Source: Dehalococcoidales bacterium
GTDB lineage: Bacteria > Chloroflexota > Dehalococcoidia > Dehalococcoidales > RBG-16-60-22
Direction of reading: 5' to 3'
Assembly (NCBI GenBank): GCA_050014095.1
Contig: JBEKDZ010000004.1
Location: forward strand, 8,359 to 72,358
Length of the DNA stretch: 64,000 bases
Below the pieces are notes generated by a model. That model did not search any database. It was not told where the DNA came from and worked only from the letters and a program-made list of their open reading frames with translations. Each line of letters starts with the position of its first letter. Position 1 is the first letter of the stretch. Shown here piece by piece: positions 55,280 through 64,000 of this stretch. A program made the translations under genes and the position numbers.

Positions 55280-55813
55280 TTGAACTGCCCCTTCTGCGGA
55301 TATTACGACTCTAAGGTCATCGACTCGCGTGACGTGAACGACGGCATCCGCCGCCGACGCCAGTGCCTGCGGTGCGATTTGCGTTTCACCACCTACGAGC
55401 GTTTGCAGCGCGCCAGTCTTTTCGTCATTAAAAAGGACGGACGCCGTGAGGAGTTCGACCACGAGAAGCTCCTGGCGGGCATCCGTAAAGCCTGCGACAA
55501 GCGGCCTTTAGCCAGCGGCGCTGTCGAGAAAATGGTTGATGAAATTGAGGGCGAGCTTTACCAGTCCGGCCATGCCGAGGTGCCCAGCTCTCATGTCGGC
55601 GACCTCGTGATGGCTAAGCTCAAAAAGACCGACCATATTGCCTATATTCGCTTCGCCAGCGTCTACCGCGAGTTTGAAGATATCACCATACTTAAGGAAG
55701 AGGTGGATAACCTCGCCGTCCGCGCCCCTTTACCCCCCGCCGACCAGCTCCCCCTTATCCCGAGAGAAGAGTTGCCCGAGCCGATAAAGTCAACGCGGAG
55801 GCAGCGGCGATGA
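55280..55813 (+). CDS. nrdR: Transcriptional repressor NrdR (zinc ribbon + ATP-cone)
   Basis: TTG 55280 behind a GGAGG RBS gives MNCPFCGYYDSKVIDSRD...RRRRQCLRCDLRFTTYER...VIKKDGRREEFD. The track start at 55232 is probably too early. Confidence 0.85.
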   Translation: MNCPFCGYYDSKVIDSRDVNDGIRRRRQCLRCDLRFTTYERLQRASLFVIKKDGRREEFDHEKLLAGIRKACDKRPLASGAVEKMVDEIEGELYQSGHAEVPSSHVGDLVMAKLKKTDHIAYIRFASVYREFEDITILKEEVDNLAVRAPLPPADQLPLIPREELPEPIKSTRRQRR

Positions 55814-58434
55814 ACACGAGCAACCATGCCGGCAGGAGGAATGTTTCTCCTATCAATCGCAGCCAGATAGCCCGCATCGTCTTCGATAATGCGGCGGCGA
55901 TGGGCATACGCGACCGCAAGCTCGTGGAAAAGCTGACCGGCCAGGTCATCGAGCGGCTGGAAAAAGCACAGTCGCAAGCCCTGCCCACTCTGCCTGGCAT
56001 GGAGGAGATGGTAGACCGGCGTTCTCGCCAAGCTCCCCATGGCAGGATGCCCACCGAAGCCGAAATCGAAGCCATGGTTATGGAAGTGCTTAACACAGAA
56101 AAACCCGTACCAATACCGGTAGCCGAACCCGCACCAGTAGTCGAACCAGCGCCAGCGCCGAAAGAGGAGGTCAAAGCCGCCATGGAAACCGAAACCGAAG
56201 TTAAAACCGCTAAAGAAACATTATCAGAAAACGGTCTCACCGCTACGGCTTTGCAGGTGCTGGAAAAGCGCTATTTATTAAGAGATTACAAAGGCAAGGT
56301 TATTGAAACACCGGAGGAGATGTTCCGCCGGGTTGCCAAAGCCATCGCTGCCGCGGAGCTTTTCTATAATCCAAAGGCTAATATTAAGTCTGTTGAGGAC
56401 GACTTTTTCAAGTTGATGTACGAGCTGGAGTTCCTCCCCAACTCCCCCACCCTGATGAACGCCGGCAAAAAGCTCGGGCAGCTCTCCGCCTGCTTCGTCC
56501 TCCCCGTGGACGACTCCATGGAGTCGATTTTCGACGCCGTTAAATATACGGCGCTAATTCATAAAAGCGGCGGCGGCACCGGCTTTTCTTTTTCCCGGCT
56601 GCGACCGGAAAATGATGTGGTGGGGTCGACGGGCGGCGTCGCCAGCGGACCGGTTTCCTTCATGCGCGCCTTCGATACCGTCACCGACGTCACCAAACAG
56701 GGAGGCACCAGGCGGGGAGCCAATATGGGTATCCTGAATATCAATCACCCTGATATCATGAAGTTTATCTCCGCCAAGCAGGAGAAGACCGCCCTGACAA
56801 ACTTCAACCTTTCCGTGGCTTTAACCGCCGACTTTATGGAAGCGGTTAAGTCCGGCGCTGACTACGAGCTAATTAATCCCCATACTAAAGAGGTCGTCGG
56901 CAAGCTCAACGCTAAAGATGTCTTCGATAAAATAGTGGACATGGCGTGGCGCACGGGCGACCCCGGCATCGTCTTTATCGACCGCATTAATGAGGCAAAT
57001 CCCACCCCCCACCTCGGTAAAATCGAGAGCACCAATCCCTGCGGCGAACAGCCCCTCCTCCCCTACGAATCCTGCAACCTGGCTTCCATTAATCTTTCCC
57101 GCATGATGAAGAAGAAAGGCGGCGGCTACGAAATCGACCACCCCAAGCTGGCGCGGACGATTAAAACGGCCGTTCGCTTCCTAGATAACGTTATCGACGT
57201 TAATAAATTCCCCCTGCCCCAGATAGAGGAAATGACGAAAAAGACGCGGAAAATTGGGCTGGGCATTATGGGTTTTGCGGATATGCTGGTCATGCTCGGC
57301 GTGCCTTATAACTCCGAGGAAGCGCTGGATGTCGCCGAAAAACTGATGCGCTTTATCGGCGAGGAAGGCCTCAAAGCCTCGGTGGAGCTGGGTAAAGACC
57401 GTGGCGTTTTCCCGGCTTTCACGGGCAGTATCTATGACGTGCCGAATGGACCGCAGGTGCGTAACGCCACCCGCACCACCATCGCCCCCACAGGAACTTT
57501 AAGCATGATTGCCAGCTGCTCCAGCGGCATCGAACCCCTCTTCGCTTTAAGCTACACCAAGACCGTCCTCGATGGCACGCCCTTTGTCGAGGTGAACCCT
57601 TATTTTGAAGAGGCGGCGAAAAGGGGCGGCTTCTACTCCGACGAACTAATGAAGAAGCTGGCGGAAGGCACGCATTTAAGCGACATCAAGGACGTGCCCG
57701 ATAAAATTAAGCGGGTATTCGTCACCGCCCACGAAATCACCCCGGAATGGCATGTGAAGATGCAGGCGGCTTTTCAACGCTCCACCGATAACGCCGTCTC
57801 CAAGACCATTAATTTCCCGCAGTCCGCCACCCGCGAGGATATCTCCCACGCTTACACGCTCGCTTATGAGGAGGGACTTAAGGGCATCACCATCTACCGC
57901 GACCGCTCCCGGGATAGTCAGGTGCTGACCACCGGCAAAAAGACGGAAAAAGCGGTAGAAGAACCGGTCATCCGCGCCCCGCGCAAACGCCCCACCGAGA
58001 CCAAAGGCACAATTACCAAGATCAACACCGGCTGTGGCTCGCTATATGTCACCGTCGCTTACGATGATAAAGGCATTTTTGAGGTCTTTGCCACGTTAGG
58101 AAAGTCCGGGGCTTGCGCATCGGCACAGGTAGAGGCGATTTGTCGCCTTATTACATTGGCGTTGCGTTCAGGGGTGGACGTGGCACAGGTGGTAAAACAG
58201 CTACGCGGCATCCGCTGCTCCTCTATTTCCTGGGAGGGGGGTAAATCTATCCTCTCCTGCGCTGATGCCATTGCCAGCGTGCTGGAAAAACATATCAACG
58301 GCGACGATAAACCTAAGCTGGAGGACTACGGCCTCGCTAAAAACATGGCTGGCCAGTGCCCGGAATGCTCTAATATGCTGGTGTTTTCTGAAGGCTGCTA
58401 CCACTGCCCCGCCTGCGGCTACACCAAGTGCTAG
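55810..58434 (+). CDS. nrdJ: Class II (adenosylcobalamin-dependent) ribonucleotide reductase
   Basis: LQVLEKRYLLRD, NPCGEQPL (active-site Cys), TIAPTGT, and a C-terminal zinc ribbon CPECSN...CYHCPACG. About 140 aa of N-terminal extension if ATG 55810 (ATGA overlap with nrdR) is used. Confidence 0.85.
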   Translation: MNTSNHAGRRNVSPINRSQIARIVFDNAAAMGIRDRKLVEKLTGQVIERLEKAQSQALPTLPGMEEMVDRRSRQAPHGRMPTEAEIEAMVMEVLNTEKPVPIPVAEPAPVVEPAPAPKEEVKAAMETETEVKTAKETLSENGLTATALQVLEKRYLLRDYKGKVIETPEEMFRRVAKAIAAAELFYNPKANIKSVEDDFFKLMYELEFLPNSPTLMNAGKKLGQLSACFVLPVDDSMESIFDAVKYTALIHKSGGGTGFSFSRLRPENDVVGSTGGVASGPVSFMRAFDTVTDVTKQGGTRRGANMGILNINHPDIMKFISAKQEKTALTNFNLSVALTADFMEAVKSGADYELINPHTKEVVGKLNAKDVFDKIVDMAWRTGDPGIVFIDRINEANPTPHLGKIESTNPCGEQPLLPYESCNLASINLSRMMKKKGGGYEIDHPKLARTIKTAVRFLDNVIDVNKFPLPQIEEMTKKTRKIGLGIMGFADMLVMLGVPYNSEEALDVAEKLMRFIGEEGLKASVELGKDRGVFPAFTGSIYDVPNGPQVRNATRTTIAPTGTLSMIASCSSGIEPLFALSYTKTVLDGTPFVEVNPYFEEAAKRGGFYSDELMKKLAEGTHLSDIKDVPDKIKRVFVTAHEITPEWHVKMQAAFQRSTDNAVSKTINFPQSATREDISHAYTLAYEEGLKGITIYRDRSRDSQVLTTGKKTEKAVEEPVIRAPRKRPTETKGTITKINTGCGSLYVTVAYDDKGIFEVFATLGKSGACASAQVEAICRLITLALRSGVDVAQVVKQLRGIRCSSISWEGGKSILSCADAIASVLEKHINGDDKPKLEDYGLAKNMAGQCPECSNMLVFSEGCYHCPACGYTKC

Positions 58435-58440
58435 CCCCAT

Positions 58441-58528
58441 TGTCATTGCGAGCGAAGCGTGGCAATCACAAACTCGATATTAATTCAATGATAGAGATTG
58501 CCACGTCGCTCCGCTCCTCGCAATGACA
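58441..58528. repeat. Family A inverted-repeat element (complete: short arm + spacer + long arm)
   Basis: Left arm TGTCATTGCGAGCGAAGCGTGGCAATC, 26-nt spacer, right arm GAGATTGCCACGTCGCTCCGCTCCTCGCAATGACA. Confidence 0.8.
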
Positions 58529-58560
58529 CTACAAAAACCCTACTCTTCCTACCGCCCCCT

Positions 58561-58586
58561 GTCATTCCAGCGAAGGCTGGAATCCA
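58561..58586. repeat. Family B hairpin repeat GTCATTCCAGC-GAAG-GCTGGAATCCA
   Basis: One base different from the copy at 15174-15200, and again adjacent to a family A element. Confidence 0.75.
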
Positions 58587-58708
58587 TTTTAAGGATTTTA
58601 TCATAATTGTATATTTATGATGGATTCTGGCCTACGCCAGAATGACCCTAGGGTTTTGACACCCCCTTTATGGTACTGTTATCATTATCTCTCGGAGTAT
58701 CTATTATT

Positions 58709-59356
58709 ATGCAGCGTTTACGCATCAGGTTCAGCCGCGGCGAAGAGATTAGGTATATCTCCCACCTCGATATCATCAGGCTATGGCAGCGGGCGCTTAA
58801 CCGCGCCGGCATCGCCCTGGCTTACTCGGCAGGGTTTAACCCCCACCCCCGCATTTCGCTGGCGCTGGCTCTAGCTATGGGCGTCACCAGCGAGGTGGAG
58901 TTGATGGACATTGTGGTGGACAAATTCATTTCGCCCCACTCCTTCACCGCCGCCGTCGGCCGGCAGCTACCGCGCGGCATCGCCATCAGCGATGTCTTTA
59001 ACACTCCCCTCACCATGCCCTCTTTACAGTCCCAGGTCCGCCAGGCAGAATACACCGTCTCGATAGCCACTGATAAAGATAAGGACGAAATCGAATCGGC
59101 TTTGAACGCGTTGCTAGATAAAGAAACCCTCCCCTGGCAGCACCAGCGGGATACCGGACCGCGTAAATACGACCTCCGCGTCCTGATTGACGACCTCTGG
59201 CTCATCGATTGGCGTGAAGGCTGCTGCACTATCGGTATGCGGCTGCGCTGTGATGCCGCCGGTGCGGGCAGGCCGGAGCAGGTTGCCGCCGCCCTCGGCT
59301 TTGAAAAATACCCCGATACCATACACCGCAGCAAGCTCATCCTCCAGACAAACTAA
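58709..59356 (+). CDS. DUF2344 / TIGR03936-type radical-SAM-associated protein
   Basis: MQRLRIRFSRGEEIRYISHLDIIRLWQRALNRAGIALAYSAGFNPHPRISLA. ATG 58709 is preferred over the track start at 58670. Confidence 0.7.
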   Translation: MQRLRIRFSRGEEIRYISHLDIIRLWQRALNRAGIALAYSAGFNPHPRISLALALAMGVTSEVELMDIVVDKFISPHSFTAAVGRQLPRGIAISDVFNTPLTMPSLQSQVRQAEYTVSIATDKDKDEIESALNALLDKETLPWQHQRDTGPRKYDLRVLIDDLWLIDWREGCCTIGMRLRCDAAGAGRPEQVAAALGFEKYPDTIHRSKLILQTN

Positions 59357-59372
59357 AAAGGTGGAATAACAG

Positions 59373-60809
59373 GTGCCAATCCAGAAAAACCCTTCTTCAG
59401 AACAAAGAGTTCTGGCATTTATTAAAGAAAATAGCCTCGTTTCCCGTCGTGAACGGCTGGTTGTGGCGGTTTCCGGGGGTCCGGATTCTGTTTGCCTGCT
59501 GCATATTCTGGTAGCCCTGCGTAAAGAGTTGGCTATCGACCTGCATATCGCCCACCTTGACCATCAGCTGCGGGGTAAAGATTCCGCCGCCGATGCCCGC
59601 TATGTCGCCGGACTCGCTAAAAGACTCGGTATCCCCGCTACAATTGCCTCCCGTGATGTAAAATCTTACCAAAAGCAACATCGCCTCTCGCTGGAAGAAG
59701 CCGCGCGTGAGGTCCGCTATGGCTTCCTCGCCGAGGTCGCCGTAGAAGTAGGAGCGGCGAAAGTAGTCGTAGGCCATACCGCTGATGACCATATCGAGAC
59801 GATGCTGATGCACCTAATCCGCGGCAGCGGGATAAAGGGACTGCGCGGTCTTTCGCCGGTAAGCAAACTGAATGTATCCGGCGGCAGCCTCACTGTTATC
59901 CGACCCCTTTTAGAGTTAAGTCGGGAGGAAACTGTTGCTTATTGCGATAGCCATAAGCTCAAGCCCCGCCTTGATGCCTCCAACCTCTCGCCGGAGCCGC
60001 TGCGGAATAAAATCCGCCTCCATCTCCTGCCTTTACTCCGTAAATATAATCCGCAAATAAATCAGGCACTGCTCCGTTTAGCCCGCACCGCCGCCGATGA
60101 CCTCGACTTTATTGAAAAAGAGGCGCGCCGTCTTATGGATAATATCGCTCAGGTCAACCAAAACTCGGTCATCATTAAAAAGAAAGATTTTTCAGCCTTA
60201 CCACCCGCCCTGCAACGTCAAATCCTGCGGTTTTCTATCGCGTCGCTGCTGGGAAGTCTTAAAGATATTGAAGCTGACCATATAGAGGATATTATTGAGG
60301 CTCTGGAAAAGCCCGCCGGCAAAGTCATTGGGCTACCCTTCGGCATTAATTTCACTATCGAATACGATAGGTATATTCTGGCGCCAGCATCTCTATCGCT
60401 TTGTCCCTTCCCCACCCTGGCGGGTGAAACGGCGCTAAAAATCCCCGGCAAAACGCTATTCTCCGGCTGGACAATCGATGCCGCTATCGAAAAAAAGTCG
60501 GTGGGCAAAGATTGGGGAGGGGAGGCTAATGATTTTTCCGTTAGCTTTGATTTTACTAAGGTTGGGGAAAAGCTAACCGTTCGCCGCCGCCTCCCTGGCG
60601 ACCGCTTTCAGCCGCTAGGCATGACGCAGCCCAAGAAGCTGAATGTCTTTATGATAGACGCCCGCATTCCGCAAGCCTGGCGTCGTAATATTCCGCTTGT
60701 TTGCGCTGGCGATAACATTATCTGGGTGGTTGGCTACCGTATCGACGAACGGTATAAGGTAAAAACGGAAACACAAGAAATATTAAGACTTGAGTTCAAA
60801 CGAATTTAG
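59373..60809 (+). CDS. tilS: tRNA(Ile)-lysidine synthetase
   Basis: VVAVSGGPDSVCLLH (PP-loop SGGxDS), AHLDHQLRG, and the C-terminal TilS substrate-binding domain (RRRLPGDRFQPLGM). Confidence 0.9.
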   Translation: MPIQKNPSSEQRVLAFIKENSLVSRRERLVVAVSGGPDSVCLLHILVALRKELAIDLHIAHLDHQLRGKDSAADARYVAGLAKRLGIPATIASRDVKSYQKQHRLSLEEAAREVRYGFLAEVAVEVGAAKVVVGHTADDHIETMLMHLIRGSGIKGLRGLSPVSKLNVSGGSLTVIRPLLELSREETVAYCDSHKLKPRLDASNLSPEPLRNKIRLHLLPLLRKYNPQINQALLRLARTAADDLDFIEKEARRLMDNIAQVNQNSVIIKKKDFSALPPALQRQILRFSIASLLGSLKDIEADHIEDIIEALEKPAGKVIGLPFGINFTIEYDRYILAPASLSLCPFPTLAGETALKIPGKTLFSGWTIDAAIEKKSVGKDWGGEANDFSVSFDFTKVGEKLTVRRRLPGDRFQPLGMTQPKKLNVFMIDARIPQAWRRNIPLVCAGDNIIWVVGYRIDERYKVKTETQEILRLEFKRI

Positions 60810-60813
60810 CTTC

Positions 60814-61851
60814 TTACGCTACCTTATCCTGCCGGTAGCCTTTCCCGTCGATAATCACCCGATCCTCCCCTTTTTGCTTCACCACCTCTCCCACCACCTT
60901 TGACCCCGGCAGGGCCTTAGTCAGCTTTTTAACGCTCTCCGGCGCGCATATCACCGCCATCCCGATGCCCATATTGAAAACGCGGTACATTTCCTGAATA
61001 TCGATATCGCCCTTCTTCCGGAGGAGACTAAAAATAGGCGGTATTGTCCATTGCTTACTATCGAGTCGTGCAGTCAAACCTTTGGGCAAAGTCCGCGGCA
61101 GATTACCCGGTATCCCCCCGCCCGTAATATGCGCCAGCCCTTTGATGTTTTTCAGTAGCGGTTTGAGCTGGTTGTAATAGCAGATATGCGTCTTCATGAA
61201 CGCCTCGCCTATTGTACTACCCAGCTCCGCGTAGCGCTTGTTAAGCGCCGCCGCCGTCTCCCCTAAAACTTTACGCGCTAAAGAATAACCGTTGGTATGC
61301 AGTCCGTTGGAAGGTAAGGCGATTATCGCGTCCCCCGGTATGATACCCTCTCCCATCATTATCTTGTCTTTCTCCACCACCCCCACCACGAACCCCACCA
61401 GGTCGAAGTCGTCGCCGTGATAAACTCCCGGCATCTCCGCCGTCTCCCCGCCGATTAACGCACAGCCTACCTCTTTACAGGCAGTCGCCAGTCCCTTACC
61501 TAACGCTTCGATTCTTCGTGGCACCACCTTGCCCACCGCGATATAGTCGAGGAAAAAGATAGGCTCCGCCCCGCAGGTGAAAATATCGTTGACGCAGTGA
61601 TTGACGATGTCTTGGCCAACCATATCGTATTTATTCAAAGCGGCGGCAATCTTAAGCTTCGTCCCCACCCCATCCACACTGGAAACGATGACCGGCTTTT
61701 TATAGCCCTTCATCTCGAAAAGTCCCCCGAAAAACCCCACGCCGCTCAACACCTCCGGACGCAGCGTGGCGCGAGCATACTTGCCGATTTGGGAAATGAC
61801 TTTAGACTTCAGGTCGATATCCACGCCGGCGGCGGCATAAGTCTCTTTCAT
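60814..61851 (-). CDS. purM: Phosphoribosylformylglycinamidine cyclo-ligase (AIR synthase)
   Basis: YAAAGVDID, DGVGTKLKIA, DIVNHCVNDI, GGETAEMPG. Confidence 0.92.
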   Translation of the reverse strand: MKETYAAAGVDIDLKSKVISQIGKYARATLRPEVLSGVGFFGGLFEMKGYKKPVIVSSVDGVGTKLKIAAALNKYDMVGQDIVNHCVNDIFTCGAEPIFFLDYIAVGKVVPRRIEALGKGLATACKEVGCALIGGETAEMPGVYHGDDFDLVGFVVGVVEKDKIMMGEGIIPGDAIIALPSNGLHTNGYSLARKVLGETAAALNKRYAELGSTIGEAFMKTHICYYNQLKPLLKNIKGLAHITGGGIPGNLPRTLPKGLTARLDSKQWTIPPIFSLLRKKGDIDIQEMYRVFNMGIGMAVICAPESVKKLTKALPGSKVVGEVVKQKGEDRVIIDGKGYRQDKVA

Positions 61852-61952
61852 CGCGGCACCTCCTGCGCAGGAGAAACTTCAGGCCGAGCCTTCTGGTCGA
61901 GGCCTTACGTTCTTAGATTAGCAGATATTTAGTTGAGTCTGCAAATGAAATA

Positions 61953-61981
61953 TTGACATCCTGCCTCTTCGCCGCTAGCAT
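61953..61981 (+). promoter_or_regulatory. Promoter placing the transcription start at or within a few nt of ATG 61991 (leaderless candidate)
   Basis: TTGACA (61953-58), 17-nt spacer, TAGCAT (61976-81). Only 9 nt separate the -10 from the ATG, and there is no RBS. Confidence 0.45.
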
Positions 61982-61990
61982 ACTAATATT

Positions 61991-62287
61991 ATGCCAGAAC
62001 GCTATTTCGGGCGGCAGATAGAGGTCACGACTGGCGGCGACGTTAAAGTGCCTTTATCTTTCAAACTGGATGGACGCGAATATATCATTCAAGAAATTTT
62101 AGAATCCTGGCCCGACTACGGTTTCGGGAGGAGCGGGGCGGGACGCAAACGCTGGTGGCAGCGGCACCACCGCAACTACTACCGGGTTAAAACCACCGAT
62201 GGCGATGTCTACGAAATGTACTACGAGCGCGGCGTCAACCTCAAAAATCCCGAATTTAAAAAATGGTTCCTTACCCAAAAACTATAA
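61991..62287 (+). CDS. Hypothetical protein (98 aa, basic, Trp/Tyr-rich)
   Basis: ORF with a promoter directly upstream. RKRWWQRHHRNYYRVKTTDGDVYEMYYE; no family assigned with confidence. Confidence 0.5.
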   Translation: MPERYFGRQIEVTTGGDVKVPLSFKLDGREYIIQEILESWPDYGFGRSGAGRKRWWQRHHRNYYRVKTTDGDVYEMYYERGVNLKNPEFKKWFLTQKL

Positions 62288-62300
62288 AAACCTGCCTACC

Positions 62301-62401
62301 TGTCATTGTGAGGGAGCGTTAGCGACCGTGACAATCTCATTCATTGTCGTTGGATAACTAGGAGATTGCCACGTCCTTCTATGGAAGGACTCGCAATGAC
62401 A
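62301..62401. repeat. Family A inverted-repeat element (divergent complete copy)
   Basis: Left arm TGTCATTGTGAGGGAGCGTTAGCGACCGTGACAATCTC, spacer, right arm GAGATTGCCACGTCCTTCTATGGAAGGACTCGCAATGACA. Confidence 0.75.
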
Positions 62402-62415
62402 AAATAGGAGCAATA

Positions 62416-62445
62416 TTGCATTAATCGCCTATTTTATCATAGAAT
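62416..62445 (+). promoter_or_regulatory. Candidate promoter of tRNA-Cys
   Basis: TTGCAT (62416-21), 18-nt spacer, TAGAAT (62440-45). The tRNA starts 27 nt downstream. Confidence 0.5.
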
Positions 62446-62471
62446 AAAATACGTTGGGGTTCACACTGAAG

Positions 62472-62547
62472 GGCGACGTGGCCAAGTGGTTAAGGCGGGG
62501 GTCTGCAAAACCCCTATTCGGCGGTCCGAATCCGCCCGTCGCCTCCA
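62472..62547 (+). tRNA. tRNA-Cys (anticodon GCA), CCA encoded
   Basis: GGCGACG acceptor stem pairs with CGTCGCC. The anticodon arm is GGGGU-CUGCAAA-ACCCC; the T arm is GGCGG-TCCGAAT-CCGCC. Confidence 0.9.
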
Positions 62548-62561
62548 AATTATTATCCCTG

Positions 62562-62591
62562 TAAAAATAAAAAACTGCCGTTTTTCGGCAG
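62562..62591 (-). terminator. Rho-independent terminator of 62615..62878
   Basis: The minus-strand RNA has CUGCCG-AAAAA-CGGCAG followed by UUUUUUAUUUUU. Confidence 0.7.
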
Positions 62592-62614
62592 CTGGCTTTC
62601 TCCTATTCCCCGCC

Positions 62615-62878
62615 CTACTCTTCCCACAGCACTGGCTCTAGCTCGTCCTCGTAAACCACTATTTCCTTTTTATCTTTACCCACCCGTACGTGATAGATGA
62701 AGAATACCTGGCCAGTACGCACATTTATATAGTAGTAATTAGAAATTTCGCCAACTTCCCCCGCAAACTCATTAACGTCAAACTCGCGTTTGGTCACGCC
62801 CTTCTCATCGACGGGTTTGATGACAACCTTTTGCCCTTTAACGAACCTAGGACTGATTTCATTTTGTCGTATTGTCAT
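62615..62878 (-). CDS. Hypothetical small protein (87 aa)
   Basis: ORF with a terminator downstream; no recognisable motif. Confidence 0.45.
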   Translation of the reverse strand: MTIRQNEISPRFVKGQKVVIKPVDEKGVTKREFDVNEFAGEVGEISNYYYINVRTGQVFFIYHVRVGKDKKEIVVYEDELEPVLWEE

Positions 62879-63096
62879 TTGCGCATGAATAATAATACGA
62901 AATTACATATTTTGTCAATACCCAAAAAATAATCCCCTGAAATATTCGTTTCTATCATCAATTCCCTTGACATGCCTAACCCAAGCTTTTACAATAGTGC
63001 TATCATTATAGACCCAACATTCTCTAAGGAGGTGACTTATCGAAGAAATATTCCAATCGAGGTTTATAAAGAGTTTATCTTATAGGAGGTACGAAG

Positions 63097-63465
63097 TTGG
63101 AAATTAGCTTTAAATCAAAGGCTCACGTGCCTACATTGGTCATCAGTGGCATGCTACTGTTCGCCGCCGTCTTTTTACCTTGGGCTAGTATCGGTGGTAT
63201 GGCTGCCGGTACCGGCACCTCGGATTGGGGCGCGATGTCCACCATCGCCAGCATTCTCGGTCTCGGCCTCGCTTTTCTGACCAACGCTAAAGCCAGAGCG
63301 CTAGGGTTAATGGTCATTGGCGTTCTAGCATTAGTTGGTGCCATTATTTATGCCGTCCGCCTTGAAGGTGCAACTATAAGTTTTGGCATTATCTTTGAAA
63401 TGCTGTTTGCGCTGGCAGCTATATTCTTCGGTTTCCAGAATTACACGAAGCGCGGCTCTAAATAG
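63097..63465 (+). CDS. Small integral membrane protein (4 TM), unknown function
   Basis: TTG start behind a GGAGG RBS, hydrophobic helices, terminator downstream. Confidence 0.55.
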   Translation: MEISFKSKAHVPTLVISGMLLFAAVFLPWASIGGMAAGTGTSDWGAMSTIASILGLGLAFLTNAKARALGLMVIGVLALVGAIIYAVRLEGATISFGIIFEMLFALAAIFFGFQNYTKRGSK

Positions 63466-63498
63466 CATCACGGTTTATTTAAATTATCGTTCTAGCTT

Positions 63499-63546
63499 AA
63501 CACGGCAACCGGTATAAAAGCTGCGTTGCCGTGTTTAGTTTTTTAA
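63499..63546 (+). terminator. Rho-independent terminator
   Basis: ACACGGCAAC-N14-GTTGCCGTGT followed by TTAGTTTTTT. Confidence 0.8.
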
Positions 63547-63564
63547 ATAGTAATTTCCTCCACC

Positions 63565-63593
63565 TTGACACCCCACCCGCCACCCCCTAAAAT
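63565..63593 (+). promoter_or_regulatory. Sigma-70-type promoter of tRNA-Leu (and plsY)
   Basis: TTGACA (63565-70), exact 17-nt spacer, TAAAAT (63588-93). Confidence 0.65.
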
Positions 63594-63635
63594 TAGGCTG
63601 GATAGGCTGGCTTGCCGGCCGAAGCCTTGGCGCAG

Positions 63636-63720
<85 letters not shown>

Positions 63721-63731
63721 GGAGATAAAAT

Positions 63732-64000
63732 ATGCCTTGGTTTATTGTTATTTTAAGTTATCTTTTTGGCTCGCTGCCGACGTCTTACATTCTCGGCCGC
63801 GTCACCGCCGGGCGTGATATCCGCCGCATTGGCGATGAAAATGCCGGCGCCGCAAACGCCTACCGCGAGCTCAACGCCCGGGCAGGCATCATCGTCGGTA
63901 TTATCGATGCCGCCAAGGGTTCGGCGGTTATCCTCATCGCCCAGGCAGCTAGCATGTCCCAGCCGATTGTCCTACTGGCTGGCTTAGCTGCCGTCATCGG
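63732..64000 (+). CDS. plsY: Glycerol-3-phosphate acyltransferase PlsY family, 3' end cut by window edge
   Basis: Not in the ORF track (no stop in the window). ATG 63732 behind an AGGAG RBS gives MPWFIVILSYLFGSLPTSYILGRVTAGRDIRRIGDENAGAANAYRELNARAGIIVGIIDAAKG, the PlsY signature layout. Confidence 0.7.
   Translation, partial: MPWFIVILSYLFGSLPTSYILGRVTAGRDIRRIGDENAGAANAYRELNARAGIIVGIIDAAKGSAVILIAQAASMSQPIVLLAGLAAVI

Noticed and set aside
63766-63987. 73-aa ORF from the track
   Set aside because: It is out of frame with the clear PlsY reading frame that starts at ATG 63732 with an RBS. Its translation is Ala/Ser/Pro-rich with no motifs.

Overview
Calls come from reading the sequence and the ORF track and recognising motifs; no searches or computations were run. 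This is a 64-kb chromosomal window from an anaerobic, selenocysteine-decoding bacterium. Its gene content resembles Chloroflexota/Dehalococcoidia-type genomes, but the taxon cannot be proven from here. It holds about 58 protein genes, 3 tRNAs (Lys-UUU, Cys-GCA, Leu-UAA, all with encoded CCA), one clear TPP riboswitch, and no transposase, integrase, CRISPR array or rRNA.

Main blocks:
- 1-7772: a tandem family III CoA-transferase, convergent with a NuoE/NuoF/FdhA formate dehydrogenase operon. Its catalytic subunit is split in the ORF track by an in-frame UGA (Sec) followed by a textbook SECIS hairpin.
- 8112-12480: a minimal class III nucleotidyl cyclase operonic with a GAF + HD-GYP protein, then an atypical (Asp-less) OmpR-type regulator and glnA.
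- 12559-21027: one long minus-strand sulfur-trafficking cluster. In transcription order it reads Rrf2 regulator, CysK, COG1900 homocysteine enzyme, NifS-IscU pair 2, TPP riboswitch, PurM-superfamily enzyme, NifS-IscU pair 1, zinc ribbon, DsrE-like, TusA.
- 24374-27731: a promoter-to-terminator unit encoding a MoaD/ThiS-like Gly-Gly protein, an NTF2-like protein, a second candidate selenoprotein (in-frame UGA, U-G-A-C motif) and an SPFH protein.
- 29084-41602: a heterodimeric ABC exporter, HdrCBA-MvhDGA with its maturation protease, and an aldehyde:ferredoxin oxidoreductase.
- 41600-64000: an AT-richer stretch (by eye) with a frameshifted divergent pyruvate-kinase paralog and a presenilin-like protease, followed by housekeeping genes (ribD, folC, nrdR-nrdJ, tilS, purM, plsY).

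Also notable:
- Two families of intergenic hairpin / inverted-repeat (MITE/REP-like) elements.
- Two 1-nt frameshifts that sit exactly on canonical slippery heptamers.
- A promoter-leader-terminator unit in front of a P-type ATPase.
- An AT-rich two-gene islet (small ORF + SDH Clp-fold serine protease).
- A 27-nt duplication of the folC 3' end.
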